The position numbers and the translations under genes were made by a program. From Candidatus Thorarchaeota archaeon SMTZ1-45 (GTDB lineage Archaea > Asgardarchaeota > Thorarchaeia > Thorarchaeales > Thorarchaeaceae): a DNA stretch of 64,000 bases. The notes below the pieces were generated by a model. It was given only the letters and a program-made list of their open reading frames with translations. It was not told the DNA's origin and searched no databases. Positions within the stretch are counted from its first letter, which is position 1, and every line of letters starts with the position of its first letter. Of this stretch, positions 1 to 9,461 are shown in pieces. The stretch spans positions 32,001-96,000 of the forward strand of contig LRSL01000109.1 in the NCBI GenBank assembly GCA_001563335.1. Direction: 5' to 3'.

Positions 1-183
1 AAGCTCTGTGACAATTGGAATCTATATAAGTATCGCATTCATTTTGATCCAGACACACCAAGCAAGTCAGAGATTGAACATGACAAGGGAACACTTGTAG
101 AGGCTATCTATGGTATTATTTACATTGAATATGAATACAAGCGTGTAGTGGGTCTGGTCAAGCATCTAGTCAATATTCAGTGA
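1..183 (+). CDS. 3' end of a putative RNase III-family domain protein (partial, starts before window)
   Basis: Frame 1 is open from base 1 to TGA at 181-183. The translation includes KGTLVEAIYGIIYIE, resembling the RNase III D/T-x-x-EA-x-x-G-A-x-Y helix. Confidence 0.5.
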   Translation, partial: KLCDNWNLYKYRIHFDPDTPSKSEIEHDKGTLVEAIYGIIYIEYEYKRVVGLVKHLVNIQ

Positions 184-1678
184 GATCGTACTCGTCTTCT
201 CGGTGTGTAGGAGCGTCAGTAACAGGGAAGGTATTGTCGAATCGCTTACGCACCTTTTCTGCGATTTTGGAATCAGCATATACACGAACTGATGGAATAG
301 TGCTTGCTTGTTGTTTCAAGATGTGCATTAGAGGTCGACCTTCCTTAGTTTCGTCAAGACTGACAATATCAAAACCCTTCTCACCACCTACTAACAATGG
401 GATTTTCCCAAGTGTCTTCTCACCTAGAGGCGGAGAAACTACGTCTATTACAACACTTCCCTCTTCGTCAGAGATTTCATTCTCTGCATCAACTAATTTT
501 TTGATGTCATGAAGCATATCATGGAACAATTTTTGCGCGGTATTCTCAAATGAGGTTAATGGTCGAGAGAGTACTACTTTGAAGAGTTTGCGATATCTTA
601 TACGTGCTGCATACTCTCTCACAAAATCAATCTCGGACTCTTCTAGCCATCGGAAAAGGTCCCCATCAGTCATCCGTGTGAAAAGAGCAATACATTCGTT
701 CTTCGAGAAATCATCTTCTCGCATTCTGAAGTAAGCTGCTTTAGATATCATTGCTTCAGCAAGTTTGACAGCATGATGAAGATAAAGGTCGGAAAACATC
801 CAGTTCCTACTTAGTATCAGTGCCTCCAGTGAGTGGATTGCTTTCAACATGAAAGCGCGGATGTATTTACCGTTTCGGGTCCTCACAACACGATTGGTTA
901 ACATAACTCTCTCAGCTGGAAATATTCCGAGTTGAACTCCACTAAAGTGGGCATCTCTGATGAGGTAGTCAGTCTTGTCTATGTCCAGGGGATGATCAAG
1001 AAAATCGGAGAGAAGACCCATGATAGGATTATTTGTGCGTCTCCGAAAAATACTCACAACATCATTTGGTTCGATGTCATTTTGTGTGAGGACATCAGTG
1101 AGACTACTGTTTAGTATAAGATACTCTCCAAGATCAAGGTGATCGAGACCCACCCATGAATTGAGCGCGTACTCGATAGTATGACTAGTAGGAGGGTGCC
1201 CAACGTCGTGTAATAATGCGGCTGCTCTGAATAATTTTTGATGATACTCATCAAGCAGACGTGAGAAGGGTACAAAACATGCGGTATCCAAGTCATCACA
1301 ATAATTTACTACGCGAATTGATTTCTGTGCAAGAAAATTTGTACCTATACAGTGCTCAAACCGAGTATGTGTAGCTCCTGGATAGACAAGGTGAGCAGGT
1401 CCAAGTTGGCGAACATATCTAAGACGAAGCATTTCCCAAGTCGATATGATGTCAAGTTCCCAAGGTTCTAGGAGGACAGCACCATACACGGGATCTTGAA
1501 CAGCTTTCTGTCGTGTGTGTTTCTCGCCCATTCTAATGAAACGGTTGTGCTCTGAAATAGCTTTCTGGATTATCTCCCAGGATTCTCCCTTTTGTCTACG
1601 AGCTGAATCTATCTCAGACTCCCTAATTCCAGTCAAGCGGATGAGCGTAATCATATCGATATTGAGATCATCGGACAT
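170..1678 (-). CDS. HD-domain dNTP triphosphohydrolase (SAMHD1-like family)
   Basis: Motifs RLRYVRQLG, YPGATHTRFEH, AALLHDVGH and DIDKTDYLIRD. Confidence 0.9.
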   Translation of the reverse strand: MSDDLNIDMITLIRLTGIRESEIDSARRQKGESWEIIQKAISEHNRFIRMGEKHTRQKAVQDPVYGAVLLEPWELDIISTWEMLRLRYVRQLGPAHLVYPGATHTRFEHCIGTNFLAQKSIRVVNYCDDLDTACFVPFSRLLDEYHQKLFRAAALLHDVGHPPTSHTIEYALNSWVGLDHLDLGEYLILNSSLTDVLTQNDIEPNDVVSIFRRRTNNPIMGLLSDFLDHPLDIDKTDYLIRDAHFSGVQLGIFPAERVMLTNRVVRTRNGKYIRAFMLKAIHSLEALILSRNWMFSDLYLHHAVKLAEAMISKAAYFRMREDDFSKNECIALFTRMTDGDLFRWLEESEIDFVREYAARIRYRKLFKVVLSRPLTSFENTAQKLFHDMLHDIKKLVDAENEISDEEGSVVIDVVSPPLGEKTLGKIPLLVGGEKGFDIVSLDETKEGRPLMHILKQQASTIPSVRVYADSKIAEKVRKRFDNTFPVTDAPTHREDEYDLTEY

Positions 1679-1738
1679 AAGCTAGAAGCCTCATTTGATT
1701 GATTCCGAGCCCGTATTTAAGCCATCACAATTTCGGAA

Positions 1739-2320
1739 CTAACTCAATTCTCTTGACCTCTTCACACGTTCTCGTGCCGCATTGTACTCTAGGGTATTCT
1801 CGGACTCCATTGCCCGGCAGTATTCATTTGGTTGGCAATATCCCCAGCGGCGCATCAAATTACAGGATGTGGATCCTCTCGCTCTGTAAAAGGGAGTATC
1901 AATGAGATTTGTTTTAGTCAGATAGTTTGCTACTGTCTTAATGCTTTTCTTGGCAAAGGCTAGCCGTATACATGGGGGTGCTCTCTCTACTGTCTTCCAT
2001 TTTATCATTTTGAACAGTCGGTACCAGAGAAGACACTTCTTTGCTTCATAAAGTAAATCACATTTTGAACAGGTCTTGCAATGAATTGAGAGTTCGCATA
2101 GTTCATCACGACTCTGTTTTGTGAAACCTGATCCTCTCAGAAGATGGAACTTGATTTGTGTGAACAGTTCAGGAGTAAAAGAACCAAACTCCTCAGCGAA
2201 TTGCCGAAGTTCCTGAGCAACAATTTCTGAACTTGCAGCCCAAAGCGCAACATCAAGCTTAGGATAGTCCATTTGCTCTTTCATAGCAATATTACATTTG
2301 GTAAAGGTGGTCTTAAGCAC
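1739..2320 (-). CDS. Primase large-subunit C-terminal (4Fe-4S) domain-like protein; true start may be downstream
   Basis: APPCI and SCNLMRRWGYCQPNEYC match the PriL-CTD cysteine pattern; extra CKTCSKC cluster. Confidence 0.55.
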   Translation of the reverse strand: MLKTTFTKCNIAMKEQMDYPKLDVALWAASSEIVAQELRQFAEEFGSFTPELFTQIKFHLLRGSGFTKQSRDELCELSIHCKTCSKCDLLYEAKKCLLWYRLFKMIKWKTVERAPPCIRLAFAKKSIKTVANYLTKTNLIDTPFYRARGSTSCNLMRRWGYCQPNEYCRAMESENTLEYNAARERVKRSRELS

Positions 2321-2425
2321 ATCAGTTCATAATCTCAGATTTCAATATCTGAGAGATTGACCTTGCTGGAACAAATTTTAATTGTCACGAATTCTCCAGC
2401 TTCTTTAACCTAGAGGACGCCCCAC

Positions 2426-3433
2426 ATGACCAAGCTTGAAGTTATTTCAAAGGTAACCTTCAAAGAGGTCATCACGTCTGTTGAACTTGTCGATTTTTTG
2501 TCTAATGGACGAGCAAACCCAGTTGTTTCTACACTAAACGGGGATGTGATAGTTTATGAAATTGAGAAGAGTGGTGGTGACCAAGTTAATGAAATTGGTC
2601 GTGTTAGTGGACTGCCTCCATTAGCCGCTATGGGGATTGGGGATGTCATTGGAAACGGCACACCAGATTTTGTCATCGGAGGACTAGATAATATACTGCG
2701 AGTCCTTGTGAATATGGATGGTAATCTGAGTGTCGAGGCAGCAACACCACTAGGAAGTCTACCGACTGCTGTGGTTGTACTGAATGTTCTAAGCGATGAT
2801 AGGTCTGAGGTTGTCGTTGCTACTACTGATGGACACCTACGATGCTATGGATGGTATGATGTAGCTTTGGACAAGCTTGCTGATAAGGTCTTAGAGAGAC
2901 CCATTTTCTCGATACAACCAATACATAGCAGAGGGCTTCCATACAGTCGTTTTGTCTTTGGTGATGATACTGGTCATCTATTTGTGTATCAATATGCGGA
3001 TGACAGACTCCATGAAAGAGCAAAAATCAGCGCTGGAGGAGAGATTAGTCTAGTAGCTACAGGAGATATGACTCAGGATGGCAACTCTGAGATTCTGACA
3101 GTGTCTGATGGACGCAATCTTAGTCTGTTTGGTGTAGTGAAAGGAGCCTTGGAGAAGTTTGATTCAGTAAAAGCTCCAAAACCTGTTACTTCAGTCAAGA
3201 TAGGAAAGTTCTGGGACAACGGAATTGGTCAGATAGTTTCAAGCCACTCAAACTCAACGATAACTGTTCTTGGATTTGTGGGAAATAGAATAGTTGAAGA
3301 TACATCACTTAAGACCTCCAAAAAGTCAACCGAGTCGCACATAGCTATTGGGGATATTGATGGCGACTCACGTCCAGAACTTGTTCAAGCTGTTAGCACT
3401 GATCTTTATTTGATAGATGTTCTGGATGAGTGA
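2426..3433 (+). CDS. FG-GAP/integrin-alpha-type beta-propeller protein (BBS2/ITFG2-like)
   Basis: Repeats GDVIGNGTPDFVIG, NVLSDDRSEVVVA, GDMTQDGNSEILTV and GDIDGDSRPELVQA; no signal peptide. Confidence 0.75.
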   Translation: MTKLEVISKVTFKEVITSVELVDFLSNGRANPVVSTLNGDVIVYEIEKSGGDQVNEIGRVSGLPPLAAMGIGDVIGNGTPDFVIGGLDNILRVLVNMDGNLSVEAATPLGSLPTAVVVLNVLSDDRSEVVVATTDGHLRCYGWYDVALDKLADKVLERPIFSIQPIHSRGLPYSRFVFGDDTGHLFVYQYADDRLHERAKISAGGEISLVATGDMTQDGNSEILTVSDGRNLSLFGVVKGALEKFDSVKAPKPVTSVKIGKFWDNGIGQIVSSHSNSTITVLGFVGNRIVEDTSLKTSKKSTESHIAIGDIDGDSRPELVQAVSTDLYLIDVLDE

Positions 3434-3439
3434 TTCGTT

Positions 3440-3859
3440 CTAATCAAGAGTAGGCTTAAAGACTTCGTCTGGTTGGAGAACTTTCACTGTCTTTAGATTT
3501 GTTTTTGCTTCAATCTTAGGAACTACATTTTCCTCAATCCATGCTTTCACAATCGAGCGAGCATCCTCTATTGTTTCCCCCTCCGCATTCATGTCGAATC
3601 TAATGAAGAGATGATAGGGCTCCCTTTCTGTGAGACCCTTCTTAATCATAGCCCAGAATGCTTTTGATCCTGCAGGAACGTCAATCCTACCCAAAATTTC
3701 AGTCCAAAACTTGCCCTCCATCCGTTTTGAAGTAATTGCTAGGTCTTTCAATTCAGGGAGTTCTTTCAAGGCGCCTAAGACTTTTTCACCTGTTTCTTTT
3801 GTATCAGTAACTTTTTCGAACTCTGCGATGAGGTAATGATCTGCTCTGAAATTGGCCAT
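3440..3859 (-). CDS. Hypothetical protein
   Basis: 139-aa ORF with GAGG upstream, fills the gap between neighbours. Confidence 0.7.
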   Translation of the reverse strand: MANFRADHYLIAEFEKVTDTKETGEKVLGALKELPELKDLAITSKRMEGKFWTEILGRIDVPAGSKAFWAMIKKGLTEREPYHLFIRFDMNAEGETIEDARSIVKAWIEENVVPKIEAKTNLKTVKVLQPDEVFKPTLD

Positions 3860-3929
3860 GATTGAAACCTCAATTCATTGACTCATGGGCGGCCTAATTG
3901 ACTTGACTCTTAAGTATAATGGTCCATAG

Positions 3930-4538
3930 TTAGTCCAACATTTTCTTGTGAGCGAGTTCATCTCGATATTTGTGGATTCTATACATGGCTGTGAGAATAC
4001 CCATCATGCTGACCACCACAAGACCCCAGAGAAGCTGATCGAGAACAGAAAATACTACTAGGGTGAACAATCTCTCGGAACGACCTCCTAGCCCAATGTC
4101 AAGATTAGAAACACCCAAACTTGATGCACGGGAACGTGTATAGCTCGTAAGTAACCAACCAGAGATTGATATGATTACCCAAAGTTCCACATGTAGGCTG
4201 AGAAACAGCGTACCAGAATACTCTACAGCAATGGATCCTAGAATCATAATTTCTGAAGCCTTATCTGTAACTGAGTCTGTAAAAGCACCAATATCAGATG
4301 CAAGATTCCTCTCACGAGCCACAGCACCGTCGACTCCGTCAAATAGGCCTGATAAGAATACAAGAATTCCAAAAACGATAGAGGACCCTGTTAGATTAAG
4401 AGCAATTGCAGCAAGCAGAGCTAGTAATAGACTAAAGTAGGTTACTGTAAGAGGTCGAGTTCCTGCTCTAGCTAGTGGTCGAGCAATCCATAGTACAACG
4501 CCCTTGAAGATACGTCTGACTCTAAAATTGCTGGGCAA
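3930..4538 (-). CDS. CDP-alcohol phosphatidyltransferase (archaetidylinositol-phosphate/DIPP synthase-like)
   Basis: DGVDGAVAR...GAFTDSVTDK motif and multiple TM helices. Confidence 0.9.
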   Translation of the reverse strand: MPSNFRVRRIFKGVVLWIARPLARAGTRPLTVTYFSLLLALLAAIALNLTGSSIVFGILVFLSGLFDGVDGAVARERNLASDIGAFTDSVTDKASEIMILGSIAVEYSGTLFLSLHVELWVIISISGWLLTSYTRSRASSLGVSNLDIGLGGRSERLFTLVVFSVLDQLLWGLVVVSMMGILTAMYRIHKYRDELAHKKMLD

Positions 4539-4541
4539 GTA

Positions 4542-5558
4542 TCATACCTCCACATTATACTCAATGGAGTCATAGATGACGCTCTTATGCACTCGGCTCC
4601 GAGGTGAAAGCTTCGACTCACCAAATAATATTGTATCAGTGAGTTCACAACCAATTGACATTGTAGAGTTTGAGCCAATTGTCACATTGGGTCCAATCTT
4701 GCAGTAATCGCCAATCTCACAGTTTGGAAATATCAAAACTGGACCTTGTAGATAGATTCCTTTACCAAGTGTAATTCTCGACTTTAACGATAAGGTATCT
4801 CCAATCTCAATACTATCATCATAAGGAATCAAAACGGATTCCGAGTTTCCGATGGCTCCGCGTCTGAGTATATGGTGATTCGTATCTAGGAGGTCAGACA
4901 ATGTGTCAATATCAAACCAGGGTTGAGTTACATCAAAGTACTGAACATGATCGCCATTCTTGAGTAATTCCTCCAACAGGTGAGTAACTCGTTCATTACC
5001 GCTGTCAATTATAGATTTACAAAGACCTCTAACACGAGTATGACCAATAAGCATCATTGCACTTCTCGCAACATTCTTGGGATTATCACCAGCTTCACCA
5101 ATTCCTAATACTAGTCCATCATCACCAAGCTCAACGAGAGTCCCAAATTTCGCATTGGAGCTTACTGCGAGCATTATACTTTCAGGAGTGCCAAACTTAG
5201 ATTTGTGCTCCAGTAATCCTATAACACTAGATGGTTCTATCATCGCATCTACGGGAGAAAGGAGAAAATCTCCATCAAAGGTTTCGATTGCTGAGAGCAA
5301 GGTCTGAAGAGGGCCTGTTTCGTAATTGTGTACATGAACGACATTAACATTGAGCTTCGAGTCTTTTACAAAATCCTCAATCATGGCTCCTTTCCATCCA
5401 ACAGATATCACAATATCATCAATTCCAGAACTAGTATATCGCTCAATCGCCCACTCTAAGAGCGTCTTTCCTGCAACTTCGACGAGCGCTTTGGGTATTT
5501 TTTTGGTCAAAGGTTTCATTCGTTCGCCTTTGCCAGCTGCAAGAATGACTCCGTGAAT
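4542..5558 (-). CDS. NDP-sugar nucleotidyltransferase with C-terminal hexapeptide (LbH) repeats; probable ATT start at 5558
   Basis: In-frame extension upstream of the ATG at 5519 gives (I)HGVILAAGKGERMKPLT. GAGGAGG lies 7 nt before the ATT, and an in-frame TGA lies further upstream. Confidence 0.85.
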   Translation of the reverse strand: MHGVILAAGKGERMKPLTKKIPKALVEVAGKTLLEWAIERYTSSGIDDIVISVGWKGAMIEDFVKDSKLNVNVVHVHNYETGPLQTLLSAIETFDGDFLLSPVDAMIEPSSVIGLLEHKSKFGTPESIMLAVSSNAKFGTLVELGDDGLVLGIGEAGDNPKNVARSAMMLIGHTRVRGLCKSIIDSGNERVTHLLEELLKNGDHVQYFDVTQPWFDIDTLSDLLDTNHHILRRGAIGNSESVLIPYDDSIEIGDTLSLKSRITLGKGIYLQGPVLIFPNCEIGDYCKIGPNVTIGSNSTMSIGCELTDTILFGESKLSPRSRVHKSVIYDSIEYNVEV

Positions 5559-5648
5559 TTGGATTCCTCCTCAAAAACACCTTCAAACGGAAGGGCCATA
5601 TGTATGTTTGCAGGGATGGATTTGGGAACATCATTGAGTGCCGAGATT

Positions 5649-6341
5649 ATGAGAGTTGAGGACATGGAGAAATGCGATAATGTTATCGATAGAGCTGCAG
5701 AGGTCATTACAGCTGGTGGAATTGTCGCATATCCAACTGATACAAGTTATGGACTCGGATGTGATCCTAGAAACCGTGATGCTTTGGAACGACTTATTGC
5801 AGTAAAAAGACGTGATCGAAGACTTGGGTTTCCTTTATTATTTGCAGATGAGGCTCAGTGTGAGTTATATCATGATTTTCAAAGTCTGGAGAGAATAATC
5901 GTGAGAATATTCTGGCCTGGTGCACTCACCATAATTGTTGAGGCACGACCAGATGTTCCAGCACATATCACTGCTGGAAGGAGCACTATAGCTATCAGAG
6001 TACCAAATCATATAATCCCAAGAGGAATAGCTAGGAAGATCAGCGGCCCAATTATAGGCACAAGTGCAAATCGAAGTGGTGGACCAAACCCTTTCGAATT
6101 ATCAGTAGCTTTAGAGCAACTTGGTGATGAAGTTGATCTGTATATTGATGGAGGAGCTTCATCTGCTCAGGACAATTCCACAATAATAGGAGTTGAAGCT
6201 GCTGAAGCAGAAGGAGAGCCTCGCAACATTAAAATCTACAGAGAGGGTGCATTACCAATTTCACAAATTGAGGCAAGCTTGAAAGTGGATACGGACGCGT
6301 TGAGATTATGGAGCACACGAATCATTGATGCTGATATGTGA
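5649..6341 (+). CDS. tsaC: Threonylcarbamoyl-AMP synthase (TsaC/Sua5/YrdC)
   Basis: YPTDTSYGLGC, KRR, FWPGALT and TSANRSG motifs; start set at ATG 5649. Confidence 0.92.
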   Translation: MRVEDMEKCDNVIDRAAEVITAGGIVAYPTDTSYGLGCDPRNRDALERLIAVKRRDRRLGFPLLFADEAQCELYHDFQSLERIIVRIFWPGALTIIVEARPDVPAHITAGRSTIAIRVPNHIIPRGIARKISGPIIGTSANRSGGPNPFELSVALEQLGDEVDLYIDGGASSAQDNSTIIGVEAAEAEGEPRNIKIYREGALPISQIEASLKVDTDALRLWSTRIIDADM

Positions 6342-6886
6342 GGCGAGCCATACTGCGAAACTACAATTTACTTGTATCATGTCCGAGAGAGCGTGAACGA
6401 GCTGCAACATCTGAGATAAGATACTTCATCGGAGATTTGTTAGGGGACACAGAATTAAAGATATCTCGAACTCCTGTTTCTGGACTCCTTGCCTGCAAGA
6501 CATCGCTCGATCCCTTTGAGGTCATTAATCGTCTTAAAGAGTATGCGACAGAAAATCCATACCAGTTTCGCTTTGCCATCCGCTTTACTCCTCTGGAGGA
6601 ATGTGTTGATTCAGAGATTACCAAAATTGTAGAAGCAACACAGAAACTACTACCAAAAATTGGCGAGGAAGAGAGTTTTCGTGTGACTGTCAGACGGAGG
6701 CATACTGAGCTTGAGAATATGGAGGTAGTAACAGCTGTCGCACATGTTATCCCTAGGAACGTCAATTTGGATGCACCAGATAAGACCGTATTAGTAGAAA
6801 TTGTTGGAAACTGGACTGGGATTTCGGTTCTTAATGAGAAAGCTGACATTTTGTCAATAATGACTATGCGTGATGATATGTACTAG
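6338..6886 (+). CDS. THUMP domain RNA-binding protein
   Basis: SFRVTVRRR...VNLDAPDKTVLVEIVG THUMP signature; 4-nt overlap with tsaC. Confidence 0.88.
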   Translation: MRRAILRNYNLLVSCPRERERAATSEIRYFIGDLLGDTELKISRTPVSGLLACKTSLDPFEVINRLKEYATENPYQFRFAIRFTPLEECVDSEITKIVEATQKLLPKIGEEESFRVTVRRRHTELENMEVVTAVAHVIPRNVNLDAPDKTVLVEIVGNWTGISVLNEKADILSIMTMRDDMY

Positions 6887-6897
6887 TGATGATCTTT

Positions 6898-7479
6898 TCA
6901 GCTATCAAATGCCACAAGAGAAACCCTACTCACTATACAACGAGAAAGAGCCAATAGCTTTGATTCTAACCCATCTGAGTCTGAAATTGTATTGATTTCC
7001 TTGTCACTGATGTCATAGTGGCTCTTTATTCGTGCTATTCGTTCTTTTGAACTTGGAAATGATGGGATGATCTCTGCCCCTATTCTTCTGGTTAACTCTC
7101 GAATGACCTTTTCTACAGAGTCTACATCAGGCCCAATTACAACAACTGCAATCTCGTCAAGGCCATCAAATACACCTAAGGCATCAATAGCCTTTCCTAT
7201 TTGTCGTTGTGCAGAAGCAAAAACAATGATTTCCACATCTAAACTCCGAGAGAGCATATATTCTCCTTGCTGCGCATTGAGCGCATTCTGTGCTGCTGAG
7301 AGTAAATGAATCTCATCTGCAATCAACAATCCATTGAGAAGTTGAACTGTGAGAACATCGCTTGATAGAGATGCAGCAATCTGTATCAATTCTTTCTGTT
7401 CCAGGTCATTTGAGTTATGAAGATCTGTAATTCCAATGATTTTCCCGGTGGTTTCATTCCCAAGTTGCTCAATTCGCAA
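6898..7479 (-). CDS. cgi121: KEOPS complex subunit Cgi121
   Basis: HLLSAAQNA...SRSLDVEIIVFASAQRQIGKAI. Confidence 0.88.
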   Translation of the reverse strand: MRIEQLGNETTGKIIGITDLHNSNDLEQKELIQIAASLSSDVLTVQLLNGLLIADEIHLLSAAQNALNAQQGEYMLSRSLDVEIIVFASAQRQIGKAIDALGVFDGLDEIAVVVIGPDVDSVEKVIRELTRRIGAEIIPSFPSSKERIARIKSHYDISDKEINTISDSDGLESKLLALSRCIVSRVSLVAFDS

Positions 7480-7494
7480 TGAGTTGACCTCACA

Positions 7495-8076
7495 TCAAAG
7501 ACGACTGATGAAATAATCAGCAACAGTTGGTTCAAATCCGACATCAAAAACAAGCTTGTCCCTAATCTCTTTCATTGTGAGTGACTCATCTTCAGATTTG
7601 AAAATCTTGACTAAAGCAATGATTGACTCACGGTTCTCCCAAGGATATACTGTCCAACTAGAAGTTTTGACCATGAAATAGTCAGGTTTTACTATAGATG
7701 TTGGCTTGTAGTGCAACACAGCTGAACGAACAGAAGCTGCACCAAGCTCCTTTACATGATTGATTGCATGCTGTAATGTGTCACCAGTATCTGCAACCTC
7801 ATCAACCAAGAGTACGTTCTTCTTCTCCATCGACCCTGTCAAAGGTTGAGTGATTTGAGGTGCCTTTCCTTTAATCCCAACATCGGTGTAGTATTCAATG
7901 CGGACATTCTGCAAAGCACTTGCATAAAGTACGTCAGAGAGAATTCGCGCTGGAATCCACCCACCTCTTGCAATCCCGACAATGACATCTGGTACAAATC
8001 CACTGTTTACAATTCGTTCAGATAATTGAAGAGTAAGATTATACACATCTTGCCAGCTAAGAATCAGATAATCCAT
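7495..8076 (-). CDS. Purine phosphoribosyltransferase (HPRT/XPRT-like)
   Basis: VGIARGG, VLLVDEVADTGDT PRPP motif and C-terminal YPWE. Confidence 0.9.
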   Translation of the reverse strand: MDYLILSWQDVYNLTLQLSERIVNSGFVPDVIVGIARGGWIPARILSDVLYASALQNVRIEYYTDVGIKGKAPQITQPLTGSMEKKNVLLVDEVADTGDTLQHAINHVKELGAASVRSAVLHYKPTSIVKPDYFMVKTSSWTVYPWENRESIIALVKIFKSEDESLTMKEIRDKLVFDVGFEPTVADYFISRL

Positions 8077-8186
8077 GATCAGGTACTCCAGTTCTGCCTT
8101 GAGGGTTTCGAACGCCCCTCCTTAATTAATCCGTCTGATTTATTGCTGGACAATCCAAATCAGAGAACCTGTATCTTTAAGGTAGA

Positions 8187-9461
8187 GTGGAAACAATGAA
8201 ACCAGACCTTCTCCTTACAAATATTGGACAGGTTGCTACACTAGCAGGACACAGTGACTCTCCAAAGACTGGAGTACAGATGAATGAGCTATCTATAATT
8301 GAGAACGGCGCTATAGCAATCAGAGATGGTAAAATCATCGCTGTTGGACCTACAAAAGAAGTTCTTTCACAATTGACTGAAGAGCCAAAACTTCCCGCAA
8401 TTGAATTCCCCGGAATGCTTGCTACACCAGGTTTCATAGATAGTCATACTCACCTTATTTTCGGAGGATCAAGAGAGCACGATTTTGCTATGAAACTTGC
8501 AGGGAAGTCGTATCTTGAGATCCTTGAAGCTGGTGGTGGGATTCTGAATACTCTTCGATCTACGAGAGCGGCAAGCCAAAGCGAGTTGGTTAGGAACTCA
8601 TTCTCTTATGCCGAGAGTATGTTGAGTATGGGATGTACTACAATTGAAGCAAAGAGTGGATACGGGCTTGATACAGAGAATGAGCTTAAGATGCTTAGAG
8701 CTGCGGAGAGTTTAAGGAAAAAGCTACCAATCAATCTAGTTTCAACCTTTATTGGAGCACATGCTGTTCCTCCGGAATATGAGGAGAGGACCGAAGAATA
8801 TGTGGACCTTGTCGTTGATGAAATGATTCCAGCTGTAGCTGAAAACAAGCTGGCAGAGTTTTGCGACGTTTTCTGTGAAGAAGGTGTTTTTGACATTGAC
8901 CAATCAAGGAGGATTCTTCTTGCGGCAAAAGGTAAGGGGATGAAGCTCAAAATTCATGCTGATGAAATCGTACAGCTCGGTGGAGCGTTTCTAGCTGCTG
9001 AAGTTGGAGCAGTCTCAGCAGACCACTTATTGATGGCATCGGATGATGGTCTTGAGGCGATGCTTAGAGCAGGTACAATTGCGACCCTCTTGCCTGCAAC
9101 AGCATTCAGCCTTGATACGAGTTATGCAGATGCGCGCAAGATGATAGAGATGGGATTACCTGTATCTCTTGCGACTGACTTTAATCCAAATTGCGCAAAT
9201 GAGTCTCTGTTCTTCACCATCGCGTTGTCGTGCTACAAGATGAAGATGACGCCCAGAGAGGCGCTCTCCGCAGTCACCATCAATGCGGCCCATGCCCTAG
9301 ACATAGGAGCAACCCACGGGAGCATTGAGGTGGGAAAAGCAGCTGATATCCTCGTACTTGACTGTCCCAATCCAGAGTACCTAACTTGGAGGTTCGGTGT
9401 CAATTTGGTTCACACTGTCATCTCAGATGGACAAGTAATTCATACAAAGCTGGGACCCTAG
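8187..9461 (+). CDS. hutI: Imidazolonepropionase
   Basis: PGFIDSHTH, GGGIL, EAKSGYGL, KIHADE and ATDFNP. Confidence 0.96.
   Translation: METMKPDLLLTNIGQVATLAGHSDSPKTGVQMNELSIIENGAIAIRDGKIIAVGPTKEVLSQLTEEPKLPAIEFPGMLATPGFIDSHTHLIFGGSREHDFAMKLAGKSYLEILEAGGGILNTLRSTRAASQSELVRNSFSYAESMLSMGCTTIEAKSGYGLDTENELKMLRAAESLRKKLPINLVSTFIGAHAVPPEYEERTEEYVDLVVDEMIPAVAENKLAEFCDVFCEEGVFDIDQSRRILLAAKGKGMKLKIHADEIVQLGGAFLAAEVGAVSADHLLMASDDGLEAMLRAGTIATLLPATAFSLDTSYADARKMIEMGLPVSLATDFNPNCANESLFFTIALSCYKMKMTPREALSAVTINAAHALDIGATHGSIEVGKAADILVLDCPNPEYLTWRFGVNLVHTVISDGQVIHTKLGP

Noticed and set aside
5571-5573. Selenocysteine UGA upstream of the nucleotidyltransferase
   Set aside because: A second in-frame TGA lies just upstream and this is not a Cys position; an ATT start is simpler.
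6361-6849. 162-aa antisense ORF, and similar ones such as 51932-52435 and 21732-22193
   Set aside because: They lie fully or largely opposite well-supported genes.
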